Shown: positions 62,374 to 64,000 of the stretch, in pieces
Numbering within the stretch: the stretch's first letter is position 1
Layout: every line of letters starts with the position of its first letter
Translations under genes and position numbers: made by a program
DNA from: Felis catus
Lineage: Eukaryota
Reading direction: 5' to 3'
DNA: 64,000 bases
Assembly (NCBI RefSeq): GCF_018350175.1
Contig: NC_058369.1
Span: 26,290,001-26,354,000, forward strand
The notes under the pieces: model-generated
Told to the model about the DNA's origin: nothing
What the model saw: only the letters and a program-made list of their open reading frames with translations
Databases searched by the model: none

Positions 62374-63126
62374 GTAAGAGGTATTTAATATTTGTTTAAG
62401 CTGCATTGGAATTTCATCCAGTTTACTGTATTCTTTTGGGAAAGTTCTTAGGCAACATCCAAAATAGTTTAAGTTGTCTGATCACTTATAAACTGATGGC
62501 ATTGTCCCATTTTATCCCAAAAAGCAAATATTTCAGACCTAAGACAGCAGTTTAGATCTACAAAATTACCAAAGCTTAGCTATTGGAATTTAGTGTCTGA
62601 TTTTTAAGAACTTTACTGTGCAGATACCAACTTTTGTGTTATGTTTGGTTGATCTTTATCTTTGTGCCAATATTGTTGGTTTTGTTTTGTCAAGATGTAA
62701 CCGTATGGCTCCCTTGCATAAGTGTAACTAGCATGAAAAGGCTTTCCCGTTTTCTTTCTACATCAGTGTTCTCCAGGCTCCTTGGATTGTGAGACCCTAT
62801 CAGTGAAAATAATTTAAACATAACCCCACCCCACCCCCCCGCCGATGTTACATATATTTAACTATTATATGCGTACCCTACTACTAATATATGTTGTACA
62901 TTGTAAGTTAGGAAAGAAGGAGATTAAAAACAAAACAAGAAGAAGGAGAAGTTAAAGTGGCACCTGAGTGGCTGAGTGGTCTGACTCTTGATTTTGGCTC
63001 AGGTCATGATCTCACAGTTTGTGGGTTTGAACCCTGTGTCAGGCTCCATGGTGACAGTACAGAGCCTGCTTGGGATTCTTTCTCCCTCTCTCTGCCCCAA
63101 CCCTGCTGACATGCGTGCGTGCTCCG

Positions 63127-63183
63127 AAGGAAGGAAGGAAGGAAGGAAGGAAGGAAGGAAGGAAGGAAGGAAGGAAGGAAGGG
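63127..63183. repeat. (GGAA)n microsatellite forming a SINE tail
   Basis: Direct reading. Confidence 0.95.
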
Positions 63184-63838
63184 AAAAGGGAGAAGTTGTA
63201 TCATTTTCTTCCAGTCCTCAGTAGATTGCCCTGGGCACCCCCTTTGGCTAGCACTGCTCTAGTTCACAAGGTCTTTGTGGGGGTTTATCTAGGGATCTGG
63301 ATTACTGGATGAGCCACTGTTTATTAAATGGCAGGAAAAGTTTGCTTCTTTCTGTGGGAGCCGGTCATATGTTTCTGTTAATAAACAGCCCAGTATATTC
63401 TGAGAAGAGATTGGTCTAGAGATGTCTTCAGCTCAACCTCTTTTCCTGAATAACTTTGGCCGATGCCCTGACATGATAGCTTTACTCATCTGTGCAGGAG
63501 GATCAAGACTGTGGCCTGAAAAGAGCTGGCCCGTTGAGATCAGAAAGTGCTTAAAGTAGAGCTTTTTGGCACCAAAGGTGTTAACCCCAAGTACATGCAG
63601 ACTGCTCCTCTGTTGTTTGGAAATGAGGGAGCTTATTGTTGTGTCTCATATCTGGAAAGCATTCAGCATCATCCCCTTCTCCAAAGAAATGGATGGAAGT
63701 GGCATTTTTCTTTAGGAATCTCCTCAGTGACCTCTTTGGTTTTGTTTCACAATGTATTGACTTAAAATACAAATTTAACCTGTCTCATAGCTGAATGAAT
63801 TGGGGGAGAAAATGTAACCTATACATATTTTTTAATAG

Positions 63839-64000
63839 GTACTAAAGTTTCTACATGACAAGGGATTCCCTTATGGGCATCTGCATGCCTCCAATGTGAT
63901 GCTAGATGGTGACACTTGCCGGCTGCTAGACCTTGAGAATTCTTTATTGGGCCTTCCTTCCTTCTACCGATCCTATTTCTCACAGTTCAGGAAAATCAAT
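63839..64000 (+). CDS. PXK: PXK exon 10 (VLKFLHDKGFPYGHLHASNVMLDGDTCRLLDLENSLLGLPSFYRSYFSQFRKIN), runs to the window edge
   Basis: TAATAG acceptor; open for 54 codons to position 64000; degenerate kinase catalytic loop; donor not visible. Confidence 0.92.

Noticed and set aside
1..64000. CRISPR arrays, operons or other prokaryotic systems
   Set aside because: Clearly mammalian spliced genes and retroposons; no regularly spaced repeat-spacer array

Overview
Mammalian genomic DNA, most likely a felid/feliform carnivore (dense Can-SINE/SINEC_Fc-type elements plus a carnivore-type L1). Both genes are on the + strand. (1) The five coding exons of RPP14 (RNase P subunit p14, 124 aa, 364-5211) are followed 120 nt downstream, in the same terminal exon, by the intronless HTD2 ORF (mitochondrial 3-hydroxyacyl-thioester dehydratase 2, 167 aa, 5332-5835). 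This is the known vertebrate bicistronic RPP14/HTD2 locus. (2) A CpG-island promoter and coding exons 1-10 of PXK (PX-domain pseudokinase, 328 codons in the window, 14938-64000) run to the right edge. The rest is intronic/intergenic DNA with SINEs, L1 remnants, MER DNA-transposon fossils, LTRs and microsatellites. I found no convincingly new gene system. The best leads are how HTD2 is translated behind 10-11 upstream AUGs including two spacer uORFs, a Can-SINE with an apparent 3' transduction, a two-SINE unit inside one TSD, and a frame-preserving tandem duplication with a (CGG)8 tract in the PXK leader. Gene identities come from recognising translated exons. Repeat family names and boundaries were assigned by eye and are approximate.
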